Numbered from the stretch's first letter, positions 29,898-40,805 are shown. The stretch: DNA of 64,000 nt from Gammaproteobacteria bacterium TMED112 (GCA_002170245.2 NHFN02000017.1:52714-116713), one strand, 5' to 3'. Program-made: numbers and translations. The notes: generated from the letters alone by a model not told the origin.

Positions 29898-30118
29898 CTT
29901 TGGGGAAAACTAACTTAAGATTTAGTATATCCCACATACATGGAAGCTTTCATGCAATTGTACAAAAAACAATCAATATATTTTTAGCCAGTGAGAATGG
30001 GGCTTTCAGGAGACATAATTTTTTATAGTTAGTTAACAATGCATTATGAGTAAAATTTAGGGAGGATGCTCATCTTTGTGTGAAAATCAATAGTTTTAGA
30101 AAAAAAACAAGGTTTTTT

Positions 30119-31303
30119 TTAGTAGCAAAGTCTTGCGTTTGAAACACCGCTGATTTTCCCAAGCTCTGAGACTACATCAACATGAACTTCATCGTTCGTA
30201 TCTATAATATTGCAAGCTAAATTACCTCTGCTTTTATTTACAAATTCTAATATGTTAATTTTATTGCTTGCTAAACACTCTGCTATTTTGCTGATAATTC
30301 CAGGCTCATTATTGTTAGTCATGAAAAGCCGGTGTTTTCCATATTTTTCAGAATTAATATTAGGGAAGTTGACACTATTTTCAATTTTCCCGTTCTTCAA
30401 AAAGTTACTCAACTGGCTGCAAGCCATGACAGCACAATTAATTTCGCTTTCCATTGTGCTTGCCCCAAGATGAGGAAATATCATTACATCTTTCTTTTTG
30501 TTTATTCTTTTTAATAAATTTTTTGTTGGGAAGTCGGTTACGTACTTGTATAGATGATTTTTTTCTAAAAATTCTAATATGTCCTGTTCATTTACTATAC
30601 CACCACGAGAGAAGTTTATTAGCACAGCCCCCTCTTTCATAAGTTTTAACTTTTCAGCATCAATCAGGTTTTTAGTATTTTGATTCAGAGGCAAGTGTAG
30701 AGACAGATAATCTGACTCACCCAATACCTCTTCAATTTTATTGCATCTTTTAAGGCTGCTGGGCAATCGAAGTGCGTTATCAACAGTTAGACCAGGATCG
30801 AAGGCAACAACATTCATACCAAGTGCCATAGACTGTTCTGCAACCATAGAGCCAATTGCCCCAAGACCAATTATGCCTAACGTTTTGCCTTTAACTTCCT
30901 CACCAACATACTGTTTTTTTATTCCTTCTATTTCTTTGGCAATCTCTTCATCATTTTTTGATTCAACATCTATAGAATCTAAATTCTTATTACCAGAAAC
31001 TAAATCCCTTTTTGAGAGAATCAAAGAACACAAAACCATTTCTTTTACTGCATTAGCGTTAGCTCCCGGTGTATTGAATACTACAACTCCATTATCTGAA
31101 CAATCCTTAATATTTATGTTATTCGTGCCGGCTCCTGCTCTCGCTATCGCTAAAAGACTATTTGAGATCTTAAGCTCCTTTAAGTTATGACTCCTTAATA
31201 CAATCCCACTCACATCTGAGTAGCTATCAGACAAGGAAAAATCATTTTTTTGCAACACGTCTAAACCTTGATGAGCTATATTATTTAATATCTGTATTTT
31301 CAT
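30119..31303 (-). CDS. serA: D-3-phosphoglycerate dehydrogenase with an ACT-like C-terminus
   Basis: 2-hydroxyacid dehydrogenase fold (GLGAIGS; RG..VN; HLGAST) plus a C-terminal regulatory domain, 394 aa. Confidence 0.87.
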   Translation of the reverse strand: MKIQILNNIAHQGLDVLQKNDFSLSDSYSDVSGIVLRSHNLKELKISNSLLAIARAGAGTNNINIKDCSDNGVVVFNTPGANANAVKEMVLCSLILSKRDLVSGNKNLDSIDVESKNDEEIAKEIEGIKKQYVGEEVKGKTLGIIGLGAIGSMVAEQSMALGMNVVAFDPGLTVDNALRLPSSLKRCNKIEEVLGESDYLSLHLPLNQNTKNLIDAEKLKLMKEGAVLINFSRGGIVNEQDILEFLEKNHLYKYVTDFPTKNLLKRINKKKDVMIFPHLGASTMESEINCAVMACSQLSNFLKNGKIENSVNFPNINSEKYGKHRLFMTNNNEPGIISKIAECLASNKINILEFVNKSRGNLACNIIDTNDEVHVDVVSELGKISGVSNARLCY

Positions 31304-31371
31304 TTTTGGAATGTAAAAGAATACACATTAAACTGCACTATTCAAACGAATTTCGTCAATTAAAGAATTTT

Positions 31372-31391
31372 TTATCCATAAGTTATCAACA
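31372..31391 (+). promoter_or_regulatory. two direct DnaA-box-like 9-mers upstream of nrdA
   Basis: TTATCCATA (31372-80) and TTATCAACA (31383-91). Each has one mismatch to TTATNCACA. Confidence 0.4.
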
Positions 31392-31428
31392 GGAAAATTA
31401 CAGCATATAGTAGGCAAAATTAAAATAA

Positions 31429-31444
31429 ACACAACATATTGTGT
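31429..31444. promoter_or_regulatory. NrdR box
   Basis: ACACAACATATTGTGT matches the NrdR consensus acaCwAtATaTwGtgt at 15 of 16 positions. It lies ~50 nt upstream of the nrdA start. A weaker second palindrome, CTACATGTAG, is at 31466-75. Confidence 0.6.
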
Positions 31445-31491
31445 TGAAATGCTTGAATGTAAGCACTACATGTAGAAAAATACGTTAAGTG

Positions 31492-34287
31492 ATGGAACAA
31501 CAAGTAACACAAAACAAAGTTGAAGAAAAAGAAGACATTTCTCCAAACCTAGTTATGACTCCTGGAAAAATGAGGGTCATAAAACGAAATGGAAAAGTGG
31601 TTTCTTTTGAGGATGAAAAAATTAAAGTGGCAATCATGAAAGCATTCCTCGCTGTTGAAGGTGGGACGGCTGCAGGCTCATCAAGGATACATGAAGAAGT
31701 TGATCAAATGGCTCAAGATATAATCCAAGTTTTCGAGAGAAGAATGCCATCAGGTGGAACAATACACATAGAGGAAATACAAGATCAGGTAGAACTTCAA
31801 CTTATGAGAAATGAACACCACAAAGTAGCAAGAACCTATGTCTTATATAGAGAGGCAAGAAAAAATGAAAGAGCCGAGGAGAAAGAAGAGCAAGGACTAG
31901 AAAAGAATGTCCAAGAAGTAATTGAGACGGCAGTAAAAAAAGCGTGTTTTGGTTTAGATAACGTAGATGAAAAACTACTTATAAGCGAAATCAAAAGCGC
32001 TACTTACGAGGGAATCTCGGAGAAAGACTTAGCTGAAAGCATGCTAATGACTGCAAGGACAATGGTTGAAAAAGAGCCAAACTATTCTTTTGTAACAGCC
32101 AGATTGCTTTTGAATAACCTAGAAAACGAGGTTTGTGATTTCTTGAGTGTCAAAGAAAGAAAAGATCGGAACAAGATGTATTCAGAGGCCCTTATTAAAA
32201 CAGTTGAAAAAGGAATTGAATTAGACTTTCTTAATGAAGAGTTGAAGTCGTTTGATCTTGCGAAGCTTGGAGAAGCCATCCTTGAAGAAAGAGACTTTCA
32301 ATTTACATATCTAGGGCTGCAAACCTTGTATGACAGATACTTCATCACCAGCGACGAGATAAGATACGAGTTGCCTCAGGTATTTTTTATGCGTGTTGCT
32401 ATGGGGCTTGCTTTGAATGAAGAAAATAAAAATGAAAGAGCTATAGAATTCTATAAGCTCTTATCAAGTTTTAATTATATGAGCTCTACTCCCACCTTGT
32501 TTAATTCAGGAACTAAGAGACCTCAACTTTCTTCCTGCTACTTAACAACTGTTCCTGATGACTTGTCAGGAATATATGGAGCAATTAGAGATAATGCTTT
32601 GTTATCGAAATGGGCAGGAGGTTTAGGAAATGACTGGACTAACGTCAGAGCGTTAGGTTCAAGAATAAAAGGAACAAATGGAAAGAGCCAAGGGATAGTG
32701 CCTTTCTTGAAAGTCTCTAATGATACTGCTGTAGCTGTAAACCAGGGTGGAAAAAGAAAAGGTGCATTCTGTGCTTATCTAGAGTGCTGGCATCTAGATA
32801 TCGAAGAATTTCTAGATTTACGAAAAAACACTGGCGATGATAGAAGAAGAACACATGATATGAATACAGCTAACTGGATTCCAGATCTGTTCATGAAAAG
32901 ATTAGAAAAAGGTGAAAAATGGACCCTTTTTTCTCCAGCTGACGTTCCTGATCTTCATGATATATATGGAAAAGAATTTGAGACTAGGTATGAAGAATAT
33001 GAAACAAAGGCAGAAACCGGAGAAATAAAACATTTCAAGATACTTGAAGCCAAGGATCTATGGAGAAAAATTCTTTCTATGTTGTTTGAGACAGGGCACC
33101 CTTGGGTAACTTTCAAAGATCCATGTAATGTAAGATCTCCACAGGGTCATGTGGGTACAGTACATTCATCTAATCTTTGTACCGAAATAACTCTCAATAC
33201 AAATGAGGATGAAATAGCAGTTTGTAATCTTGGAAGCATAAACCTGCCGCTACACATAGAGAATGGAAAAATTAATATTGAGCAACTTAAAGGTTCCGTT
33301 ACAACAGCTATAAGGATGCTGGACAACGTAATTGACATTAATTATTACCCTGTTCCTCAAGCTGAGAACTCTAATAAAAAACATAGACCTATTGGTTTAG
33401 GTCTTATGGGTTTTCAAGATGCGCTATACAAACTTGGCATTTCGTATGACTCAAATGAAGCAGTAGAGTTTGCTGATAAATCAATGGAACTAATCAGTTA
33501 TTTTGCTATTGAGGCATCATGCGGGCTGGCAGAAGAGAGAGGAACTTACGAAACATATAAAGGATCATTGTGGGATAATGGTATTTTCCCTCTTGATTCA
33601 CTAAGTTTATTAGCAGAACAAAGAGGAAGTGAATTTATTGATCAAAACACAGACAAAACACTTGATTGGGACAAACTTAAAGAGAAGATGTCGAAACATG
33701 GCATTAGAAATTCAAATGTAATGGCAATCGCCCCAACAGCAACCATTGCTAACATTACCGGGGTATCACAATCTATAGAACCGACATATCAAAACCTTTT
33801 TGTGAAATCGAATTTGTCTGGTGAATTTACTGTAGTTAATCCTTACTTAATTGAAGAATTGAAGAAAGAAGACCTATGGGACGAAGTAATGCTTAGTGAT
33901 TTAAAATACTTCGAAGGTTCACTTAAACAGATCAATAGAGTGCCAGAACATATTAAGGACAAGTTTAAAACCGCATTTGAAGTCGAGCCAAGATTTATTG
34001 TTGAAGCAGCAAGCAGAAGACAAAAGTGGATTGATCAAGCGCAATCCTTAAATTTATATATCGCAAATGTCGATGGAAAAAAATTAGATATAACTTATAG
34101 AATGGCGTGGTACAAAGGTCTCAAGACAACTTATTATCTAAGATCTATGGGAGCCACAGCTACAGAAAAATCAACGGTGGAGAGGAGCAGCTTAAATGCT
34201 GTGCAATCAAATCAAGAGGTGCAAGCAACAGGCCAAGCACCAAGTGCTTGCAGCATACTTGATCCAGATTGTGAGGCATGCCAATAA
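31492..34287 (+). CDS. nrdA: class Ia ribonucleotide reductase alpha subunit
   Basis: ATP-cone (RVIKRNGKVVSFEDEKI), catalytic NLCTEI, and C-terminal Cys pair (CSILDPDCEAC). The start is ATG 31492 or GTG 31489. Confidence 0.97.
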   Translation: MEQQVTQNKVEEKEDISPNLVMTPGKMRVIKRNGKVVSFEDEKIKVAIMKAFLAVEGGTAAGSSRIHEEVDQMAQDIIQVFERRMPSGGTIHIEEIQDQVELQLMRNEHHKVARTYVLYREARKNERAEEKEEQGLEKNVQEVIETAVKKACFGLDNVDEKLLISEIKSATYEGISEKDLAESMLMTARTMVEKEPNYSFVTARLLLNNLENEVCDFLSVKERKDRNKMYSEALIKTVEKGIELDFLNEELKSFDLAKLGEAILEERDFQFTYLGLQTLYDRYFITSDEIRYELPQVFFMRVAMGLALNEENKNERAIEFYKLLSSFNYMSSTPTLFNSGTKRPQLSSCYLTTVPDDLSGIYGAIRDNALLSKWAGGLGNDWTNVRALGSRIKGTNGKSQGIVPFLKVSNDTAVAVNQGGKRKGAFCAYLECWHLDIEEFLDLRKNTGDDRRRTHDMNTANWIPDLFMKRLEKGEKWTLFSPADVPDLHDIYGKEFETRYEEYETKAETGEIKHFKILEAKDLWRKILSMLFETGHPWVTFKDPCNVRSPQGHVGTVHSSNLCTEITLNTNEDEIAVCNLGSINLPLHIENGKINIEQLKGSVTTAIRMLDNVIDINYYPVPQAENSNKKHRPIGLGLMGFQDALYKLGISYDSNEAVEFADKSMELISYFAIEASCGLAEERGTYETYKGSLWDNGIFPLDSLSLLAEQRGSEFIDQNTDKTLDWDKLKEKMSKHGIRNSNVMAIAPTATIANITGVSQSIEPTYQNLFVKSNLSGEFTVVNPYLIEELKKEDLWDEVMLSDLKYFEGSLKQINRVPEHIKDKFKTAFEVEPRFIVEAASRRQKWIDQAQSLNLYIANVDGKKLDITYRMAWYKGLKTTYYLRSMGATATEKSTVERSSLNAVQSNQEVQATGQAPSACSILDPDCEACQ

Positions 34288-34299
34288 CGGAGGAAAATT

Positions 34300-35595
34300 A
34301 TGTTAAGTTGGGAAGATTATTATAAAGACGAAGCCCCGGTTAAAGAGGAAAAATCAAAAAATCCTGAACCGAGAGTTGTAGATGCAACTGAAACTGAATC
34401 AGTAGAAGAACAAACAGTTCAGACTGAGCAAGTTTCAGCACCTGAAAATGAAACTGTTGTTACTGAAGATATGAGTTCAGAAGCAATGCAAAATATTGAA
34501 AACTATACAACTATGAAAGAGCCATCAGAGGCTGAACTTGAGAAAGTTCGGGCCAGAATGGCAAATGCACTTGAAGGTAGGGTTCAGGTTGGTCAAAAAG
34601 CTATGATTAATTCAAAAGCAGATCTCAACCAACTTGTTCCCTTTAAATACAAATGGGCTTGGGAAAAATACCTTGACGGTACAGCTAATCACTGGATGCC
34701 ACAAGAAATAAATATGACAGCAGATATAGCATTGTGGAAGTCAGAGGATGGTCTAACAGAAGATGAAAGAACAATCATCAAGAGAAGCTTAGGTTTCTTT
34801 TCCACTGCTGATTCATTAGTTGCAAATAATGTTGTGCTAGCTGTTTACAAACATATAACTAACCCAGAATGTAGACAATATCTCTTAAGACAAGCTTTCG
34901 AAGAAGCGATTCATACGCATGCCTATCAGTATTGTGTTGAATCACTTGGTATGGACGAGGGAGAAATATTTAACATGTATAGAGAAGTTCCATGTGTGGA
35001 AGCTAAGGCAGCATGGGGACTTAAATATACACAAGCCCTAGAGGACCCAAATTTTGAAACTGGAACACCAGAGCAAGACAAGCTCTTCTTATCAAATTTA
35101 ATTGCTTTCTACTGTGTTTTGGAAGGAATGTTTTTCTATTGTGGCTTTTCTCAAATTTTATCTATGGGAAGAAGAAATAAAATGCAGGGAGTTTCTGAGC
35201 AGTTTCAATACATCATGCGTGACGAATCAATGCATGTAAATTTTGGTATTGATGTAATCAATTCAATAATTAATGAAAACCCACATCTCTGGGATGAAGA
35301 AATGAGAAAAAGAGCGTCTGATATGATTATTGAAGGAACCCAATTAGAGATTGAGTATGCCAGAGATACAATGCCTAGAGGTGTTTTGGGCATGAATGCA
35401 AAAACTATGGAAGAATATTTAAAATATGTTTGTAACAGACGTCTCACTCAAATAAACCTTCCCGAGGCCTATCCAGGTGCTGATAATCCTTTCCCATGGA
35501 TGTCAGAAATCATGGACCTCAGAAAAGAGAAAAACTTCTTTGAAACTCGAGTGATCGAATACCAGGTCGGCGGTTCTTTGAAGTTCGACGACTAA
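34300..35595 (+). CDS. nrdB: class Ia ribonucleotide reductase beta subunit
   Basis: Di-iron ligand motifs EEAIHTHAY and MRDESMH. Acidic Pseudomonas-type N-terminal extension beginning MLSWEDY. Confidence 0.97.
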   Translation: MLSWEDYYKDEAPVKEEKSKNPEPRVVDATETESVEEQTVQTEQVSAPENETVVTEDMSSEAMQNIENYTTMKEPSEAELEKVRARMANALEGRVQVGQKAMINSKADLNQLVPFKYKWAWEKYLDGTANHWMPQEINMTADIALWKSEDGLTEDERTIIKRSLGFFSTADSLVANNVVLAVYKHITNPECRQYLLRQAFEEAIHTHAYQYCVESLGMDEGEIFNMYREVPCVEAKAAWGLKYTQALEDPNFETGTPEQDKLFLSNLIAFYCVLEGMFFYCGFSQILSMGRRNKMQGVSEQFQYIMRDESMHVNFGIDVINSIINENPHLWDEEMRKRASDMIIEGTQLEIEYARDTMPRGVLGMNAKTMEEYLKYVCNRRLTQINLPEAYPGADNPFPWMSEIMDLRKEKNFFETRVIEYQVGGSLKFDD

Positions 35596-35600
35596 CGTTT

Positions 35601-35642
35601 GCACTGCCTTTAATCTGCAGTTATTGGTGGTGCTTTTTTTTC
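35601..35642 (+). terminator. weak candidate intrinsic terminator after nrdB
   Basis: Interrupted stem GCACTGC..GCAGT..GTGC followed by a T9 run (35634-42). Confidence 0.35.
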
Positions 35643-35696
35643 ATTAGGCTTTCAAAAACTCTGCAAATTTAATAACCTGAAATACAAGGAAGGTCT

Positions 35697-37673
35697 ATGA
35701 AGAAATATTTATCACTAATAATACTAATTTTAGCAACGTATATTTATGGAATAAATCTGGAGCCTGAAGGCTATTGGGACATACAAAACATATCAAATCC
35801 CAAGGTAAGCCCTAATGGAGAGAAAGTACTCTTTACTAAAAGATACATAGATAAAATAAACGATTCATTCATAACAGAAATCTGGTTGATGGATGTTGAT
35901 GGTGACAATAAAAGGCTGTTTACTGACGGATCAAATGCTAAGTGGTCGCCTGATGGTGAAAAAGTTGCTTTTACCAAAACAGATGAAAATGATAAATCTC
36001 AATTATTTCTAAAATTTTTGGTAAGCGATGTCGAAACAAAAATTACAAACTCTGACAAAGCAATAAAGGATTTTGCTTGGTCAAAAAAAGGAAAATTTAT
36101 AGCTTATTCTGCTTTCAATGAATATGAAGATGACTGGGTAGTTGAAATACCTGGAGAGATAGAGGGTGAAGATTACAATTGGACAAAAGATCCTACTGTT
36201 GTTACTACAATGCATTGGAGAGCTGATGGAAGCGGTGAACAGGAAAGTGGTGAAAATCATTTATATTTAGTAAGTTCTGAAGGAGGTGCAGCTGCAAAGA
36301 TAAGCTCATGGGGCTTAGATTATCAAGGCAGTTTAGATTGGTTAGATGATAATACCCTAGTACTACAAGGTAATGATAATTTAAATGATTTACAGTCTCC
36401 GTGGAAACAAACAGCCATATTTACATTAGAAGTAGACTCAAAAGAAATAACAAAAATATCACCTAAAAGCGGAGTTTATAATTCCCCTAAACCTTCGTCA
36501 GATGGGAAAATTGCCTTTCTAGGGCACCCTTCGAAAGATTATTCTTATGTGGCATTTGATGTATACCTTAGTGATGGAAAACAAATAAAAAAACTTACAA
36601 AAGATTTAAGCGCTACACCTAGAGAACTATTCTGGTTGAATGAAGAAGAATTAGCATTTTCCATAGATGACCATGGAGCGTCGAAAGTTCAGAGCGTTAA
36701 TATATCCTCTGGGGTGTTATCAGAAAAAATCGCTAATTTCAAGGAACAATTTTATCTCTCTTCAGTTCACAATGACTTCTTATTTGGAACATATGCCAAT
36801 GCAAAAAGACCCTCTGAATTGGCAGTCATTAAAAACAATAAAGTTGAAAAGTTAAGCTCATTTAACGAAGTTGCTCTTGGACAATATGAGTTAGGAAATA
36901 CTATTGAAATTAACTATAAAGCGCCTGATGGTATGGATGTTCAGGGCTGGTACATTACTCCTCCAAAATTTGATAAATCAAAAAAATATCCCCTCATATT
37001 AGTGATTCATGGTGGCCCCCATAGCATGTATAGAAATCAATTCAATTACCTATGGCACCAATTTGCAAGTGATGGATATGTTGTGCTTTATACAAATCCT
37101 AGAGGAAGTACAGGTTATGGAAGTGAGTTTGCAAACATTATAGATAACGATTATCCAGGCAAAGGTGATTTGTCCGACCTTTTAGCTGGTGTCGATCATG
37201 TTACCGATAAAGGTTTCATTGATGAAAATAGAATGTATGTTCAAGGCTGTAGCGGAGGTGGTGTTCTTACAGCTTGGGTAATTGGACATGACGATAGATT
37301 TGCTGCGGCAGCATCTCTTTGTCCTGTAACAAACTGGATATCAATGGTTGGAACAACTGATATACCAGCTTGGACTTTTAAGTGGTTTGATGTCCCTTTT
37401 TGGGAAGATCCAACTAATTGGTTAGACAGATCTCCGATCATGAGAACTGGCTATATCAAAACTCCTACACTGTTCATGACTGGTGTTCTCGACATAAGGA
37501 CACCTATGCCACAGACTGAAGAAATGTATGTCGCTTTAAAAGAAGCTGGTGTCGATACAGTATTAGTAAGAATGAATGGCGAGTGGCACGGTACTGGTAG
37601 GAGAAAACCTACTAATTGGTTTAGAACTTATGGCTACCTGTCTGAGTGGTATGAAAGATATCCAAAGCAATAA
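35697..37673 (+). CDS. S9-family serine peptidase (acylaminoacyl/prolyl oligopeptidase-like)
   Basis: Signal-like N-terminus, beta-propeller repeats (SPNGEKVLF, WSPDGEKVAF), and a GCSGGG nucleophile elbow. Confidence 0.9.
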   Translation: MKKYLSLIILILATYIYGINLEPEGYWDIQNISNPKVSPNGEKVLFTKRYIDKINDSFITEIWLMDVDGDNKRLFTDGSNAKWSPDGEKVAFTKTDENDKSQLFLKFLVSDVETKITNSDKAIKDFAWSKKGKFIAYSAFNEYEDDWVVEIPGEIEGEDYNWTKDPTVVTTMHWRADGSGEQESGENHLYLVSSEGGAAAKISSWGLDYQGSLDWLDDNTLVLQGNDNLNDLQSPWKQTAIFTLEVDSKEITKISPKSGVYNSPKPSSDGKIAFLGHPSKDYSYVAFDVYLSDGKQIKKLTKDLSATPRELFWLNEEELAFSIDDHGASKVQSVNISSGVLSEKIANFKEQFYLSSVHNDFLFGTYANAKRPSELAVIKNNKVEKLSSFNEVALGQYELGNTIEINYKAPDGMDVQGWYITPPKFDKSKKYPLILVIHGGPHSMYRNQFNYLWHQFASDGYVVLYTNPRGSTGYGSEFANIIDNDYPGKGDLSDLLAGVDHVTDKGFIDENRMYVQGCSGGGVLTAWVIGHDDRFAAAASLCPVTNWISMVGTTDIPAWTFKWFDVPFWEDPTNWLDRSPIMRTGYIKTPTLFMTGVLDIRTPMPQTEEMYVALKEAGVDTVLVRMNGEWHGTGRRKPTNWFRTYGYLSEWYERYPKQ

Positions 37674-38475
37674 AGTTTCAACGCTTTGGCTCAATGGAAA
37701 GATTAGAAATATCGACCATGTTTGTCTGGCTTCAATGATAGCCAATAATCTAGATGTAACTTTGTATCACTACGGGGCACTGAGTAACGTACCAAGTGGA
37801 GTAAAATTAGCTGATGCTTCTGAGATTTTGGATTTATCTCTCTTAGATAGGCTTCAGTGCATTAAAAAAAAAGAACTTAATCCGCAGATACCTATAGCTC
37901 AATTCAGTGATTTTTTTAGAATAATCCTTCAAAAAAAAAGCAAAGGTCTTTGGCTAGATACCGATGTTTTTATATTTCGCCCTTTTACATATAACTTAGA
38001 TAAAGTTTATTTTTGTCATGAAGGTAAAGGAAGAATTGGATATCCAGTCATATATTTACCATCAAATCACCCAATAATAGAAGAATATGAAAACCTTTTA
38101 TTGCAGGATACATTGATGCCAAATTGGCTGGGATTTATAAGAGGCAAGTTAAGACCTTTTATCTGGACATTACTGAGACAAAAATTTTCACCTTCAGATC
38201 TAGGCATTACAATCTATGGTAACGATGGATTTTCAAGATTAACAAAAAGACATAACTGTTTTAAAGAGGCCTTAAATAAAGATCTGTTCTTTCATTGGAC
38301 TGGCAAGGAAACTGACAGATTATTTCAAAAAGTAAATTTTAAAGACTTAATAAATAATTCAAAGCATTTAGGCATCCACATACATCGAAAACAATGGGAA
38401 AATCTGCCTATAAATCCTGGTAGTTTCTGGGAATGGGCACTTTCAAAATATGGAAGAGCAATTAAAAAAACTTAA
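37651..38475 (+). CDS. putative glycosyltransferase (DxD, GT32-like)
   Basis: FSDFFRIILQKKSKGLWLDTDVFIF resembles the sugar-transferase DxD region. The probable start is ATG 37651, overlapping the S9 gene by 23 nt. The ORF track's 37576 start runs deep inside the S9 gene. Confidence 0.45.
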   Translation: MKDIQSNKVSTLWLNGKIRNIDHVCLASMIANNLDVTLYHYGALSNVPSGVKLADASEILDLSLLDRLQCIKKKELNPQIPIAQFSDFFRIILQKKSKGLWLDTDVFIFRPFTYNLDKVYFCHEGKGRIGYPVIYLPSNHPIIEEYENLLLQDTLMPNWLGFIRGKLRPFIWTLLRQKFSPSDLGITIYGNDGFSRLTKRHNCFKEALNKDLFFHWTGKETDRLFQKVNFKDLINNSKHLGIHIHRKQWENLPINPGSFWEWALSKYGRAIKKT

Positions 38476-38538
38476 ATAAATACCTAAATTAATAAACAAA
38501 GAATAAGAAAATAATAAAAATCAAATTTACATAATGGT

Positions 38539-39792
38539 TTAGTCAGTCTTTTGTCTTGAATTATCAATTATATTTTTATAGAACTTCAAGCTTTCTTTTT
38601 CGTTTCTTTCAAGAGTTTTTCTGTCAACATCTACAAGACCAAATCTTGGTTTATAACCAAAAAGCCATTCAAAATTATCAAGAAAAGACCAATAGTAATA
38701 ACCTTTAATATCCAAACCATCATCAAGACATCTTTGAAGACCTTCTAGTGCAGTAGCAATGTAATTTATTCTCTGTTGATCATCATCTGTACCTATACCA
38801 TTTTCTGTAACAATCATTGGACAATTAATTCTAGGAGCCACATACCTAAGAACATTTTCCAATGATTCAGGGTAATACTCATAACCCATCACAAGCATAT
38901 CGGCACTATTTATGTCAGGCATAATGATGCCATCAGGACCAAAAGTATGGCGCGTATACATTTGAACACCTAAAAAGTCATCATCTTTGATTTGATCAAG
39001 ACATATGTCTACTGATTCAGTATGTGCTTTGTCTCTTTCCTCTTCACCTCCCTTGATACACTGATAGTCCATTATCGACAGAGTAACTCCTACAGGTTGA
39101 TTGTTATTGAGATTCTCTTTTATGACCGGAAACGCCCGTCTATGAGCTTCCATCATGCAATCGCGAATTTTATAGGGATGGCCAAATAAGAAAGGTCCAA
39201 AATTATCTATATTTGAGCCGCAAGATTTAGCGGCTTCATCCACAAATGGTAGGAATGTTTTAATTCCTTCTAATGGGTAATTTGGAAAACTGTGAGCAAA
39301 ACAAGAAGTAAGGTTAGCCTCGTTAATAGTGCAGATTATATCTGCGTAATCTCCCAGTTCATTGGTTATTCTCTCTGCATACCTTACAAATCGATCTGCA
39401 TTTTCTAGCTTCTCCCAACCTCCCCTCGCTGTGAACCAAAGCGGAGAAGTGAAATGTTGATATGTCACACACGTTTTTAGACCTTTCTCCTGACAATAAT
39501 CTAGAACCTTTTTGTAATGATCAATTGCCTCTTGAGAATACTCGCCCTCAGCGGTTTCTATTCGAGACCATTCAATCGACATGCGATAAGACTGGATTGA
39601 GTTTTCAGCCATGATATCAATATCTTCTTGGTACCTATTAAATTGATCGCAGGCTATACCTGAAGGTTCGACGAAAATTGTGTCTTTTGTATTCTCTAAT
39701 AACCAGTAATCAGAATTAGTATTGTTTCCCTCTACCTGATGTGCTGCAGTGGCAGTTCCCCAAATAAAATCTTTTGGTGTTTGAATTATCAA
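38539..39792 (-). CDS. GH1-family beta-glucosidase (no signal peptide)
   Basis: FIWGTATAAHQVEG, TINEAN (acid/base) and IVTENG (nucleophile). Confidence 0.9.
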   Translation of the reverse strand: MIIQTPKDFIWGTATAAHQVEGNNTNSDYWLLENTKDTIFVEPSGIACDQFNRYQEDIDIMAENSIQSYRMSIEWSRIETAEGEYSQEAIDHYKKVLDYCQEKGLKTCVTYQHFTSPLWFTARGGWEKLENADRFVRYAERITNELGDYADIICTINEANLTSCFAHSFPNYPLEGIKTFLPFVDEAAKSCGSNIDNFGPFLFGHPYKIRDCMMEAHRRAFPVIKENLNNNQPVGVTLSIMDYQCIKGGEEERDKAHTESVDICLDQIKDDDFLGVQMYTRHTFGPDGIIMPDINSADMLVMGYEYYPESLENVLRYVAPRINCPMIVTENGIGTDDDQQRINYIATALEGLQRCLDDGLDIKGYYYWSFLDNFEWLFGYKPRFGLVDVDRKTLERNEKESLKFYKNIIDNSRQKTD

Positions 39793-39801
39793 AATAGTTT
39801 T

Positions 39802-40713
39802 TTAGTTTTCTGATTTTCCAATTGTTTCAAGGTGCTTCAATGCTACATCACCACCCTGAAAGGGTCTCTTAGCATCTGATGTATCAGTAACTTCTGCCCA
39901 ATGTTCTGCAACAGACTCAGCAGTGAAATTTTCATCGGTACCAAAATACTTACCCATAGTCTCCATCACATAAGTATTAGCAACGACCCCTCCCCCTACT
40001 TCAAGGATTTCACCATTTGGAGCCTTTTCACTAGCCAGAAAAATTACACCTGGAATAATTAATTTTGGATCAAGTTTCTCAGCAAACTCTGGTGGGAATA
40101 AATGCTCAGTCATTCTTGTTGTGGCAGTTGGTGCAACGGAGTTTGTGTGAATGTTGTATTTAGCCCCTTCAAGTTTCAAAGTATTCATCAACCCCACGAC
40201 TCCCATTTTGGCAGCGCCATAATTTGTCTGCCCAAAATTTCCAAATAGACCAGAAGAGGAGCTTGTCATTATTATTCTGCCGTATTCTTGTTCCTTCATT
40301 ATAGGAAACACTGTATGAGCACAAAGTGCAGAACCCATTAAGTGAACATTAACAACTGTGACAAAGTCACTCCATTCCATCTTCGCAAATGATTTATCTC
40401 TGAGAATACCAGCATTATTTATGAGAATATCTACTCTGCCCCACTTTTCCATGGTTTCTTTAACCATGTTCTTAACATCATCTTCTGAACAAACATTCGC
40501 TCCATTAGCGATGGCTTCGCCACCAGCAGCTTCAATTTCTTGAACGACTGTTTCAGCTGCTGATAAAGATCCTCCTGAACCATCTACAGCACCGCCTAAA
40601 TCGTTAACAACTACTTTAGCGCCTCTTTTAGCTAATTCTAGAGCATAACCTTTGCCAATGCCCCCACCTGAACCTGTTACAATTGCGACTTTTCCTTCAA
40701 AATCTAATGACAT
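39802..40713 (-). CDS. SDR-family oxidoreductase (MFE-2/HSD17B4-like)
   Basis: TGSGGGIGKG, NNAG and YGAAKMG motifs, with a VVNDLGG..DGSG insert typical of that subgroup. Confidence 0.87.
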   Translation of the reverse strand: MSLDFEGKVAIVTGSGGGIGKGYALELAKRGAKVVVNDLGGAVDGSGGSLSAAETVVQEIEAAGGEAIANGANVCSEDDVKNMVKETMEKWGRVDILINNAGILRDKSFAKMEWSDFVTVVNVHLMGSALCAHTVFPIMKEQEYGRIIMTSSSSGLFGNFGQTNYGAAKMGVVGLMNTLKLEGAKYNIHTNSVAPTATTRMTEHLFPPEFAEKLDPKLIIPGVIFLASEKAPNGEILEVGGGVVANTYVMETMGKYFGTDENFTAESVAEHWAEVTDTSDAKRPFQGGDVALKHLETIGKSEN

Positions 40714-40805
40714 TCTCTGACTCCTATTAAATAAACTGTTAGAGTGTAAATTCTAATGGAAATCAGAAACAAGTAAACATAGAATAAAGATTATTTTTTA
40801 AACAG

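Noticed and set aside
29843-30028. 61-aa + strand ORF in the ung/serA gap
   Set aside because: It starts inside the ung start region, runs through the DnaA-box palindrome, and has no SD and no recognisable motif.
29851-31488. Chromosomal replication origin (oriC)
   Set aside because: There are only two perfect and a few weak DnaA boxes, split over two gaps. No AT-rich 13-mer array is visible. No dnaA, dnaN, gidA or mioC gene is nearby. Gene orientation returns to the minus strand after 38.5 kb.
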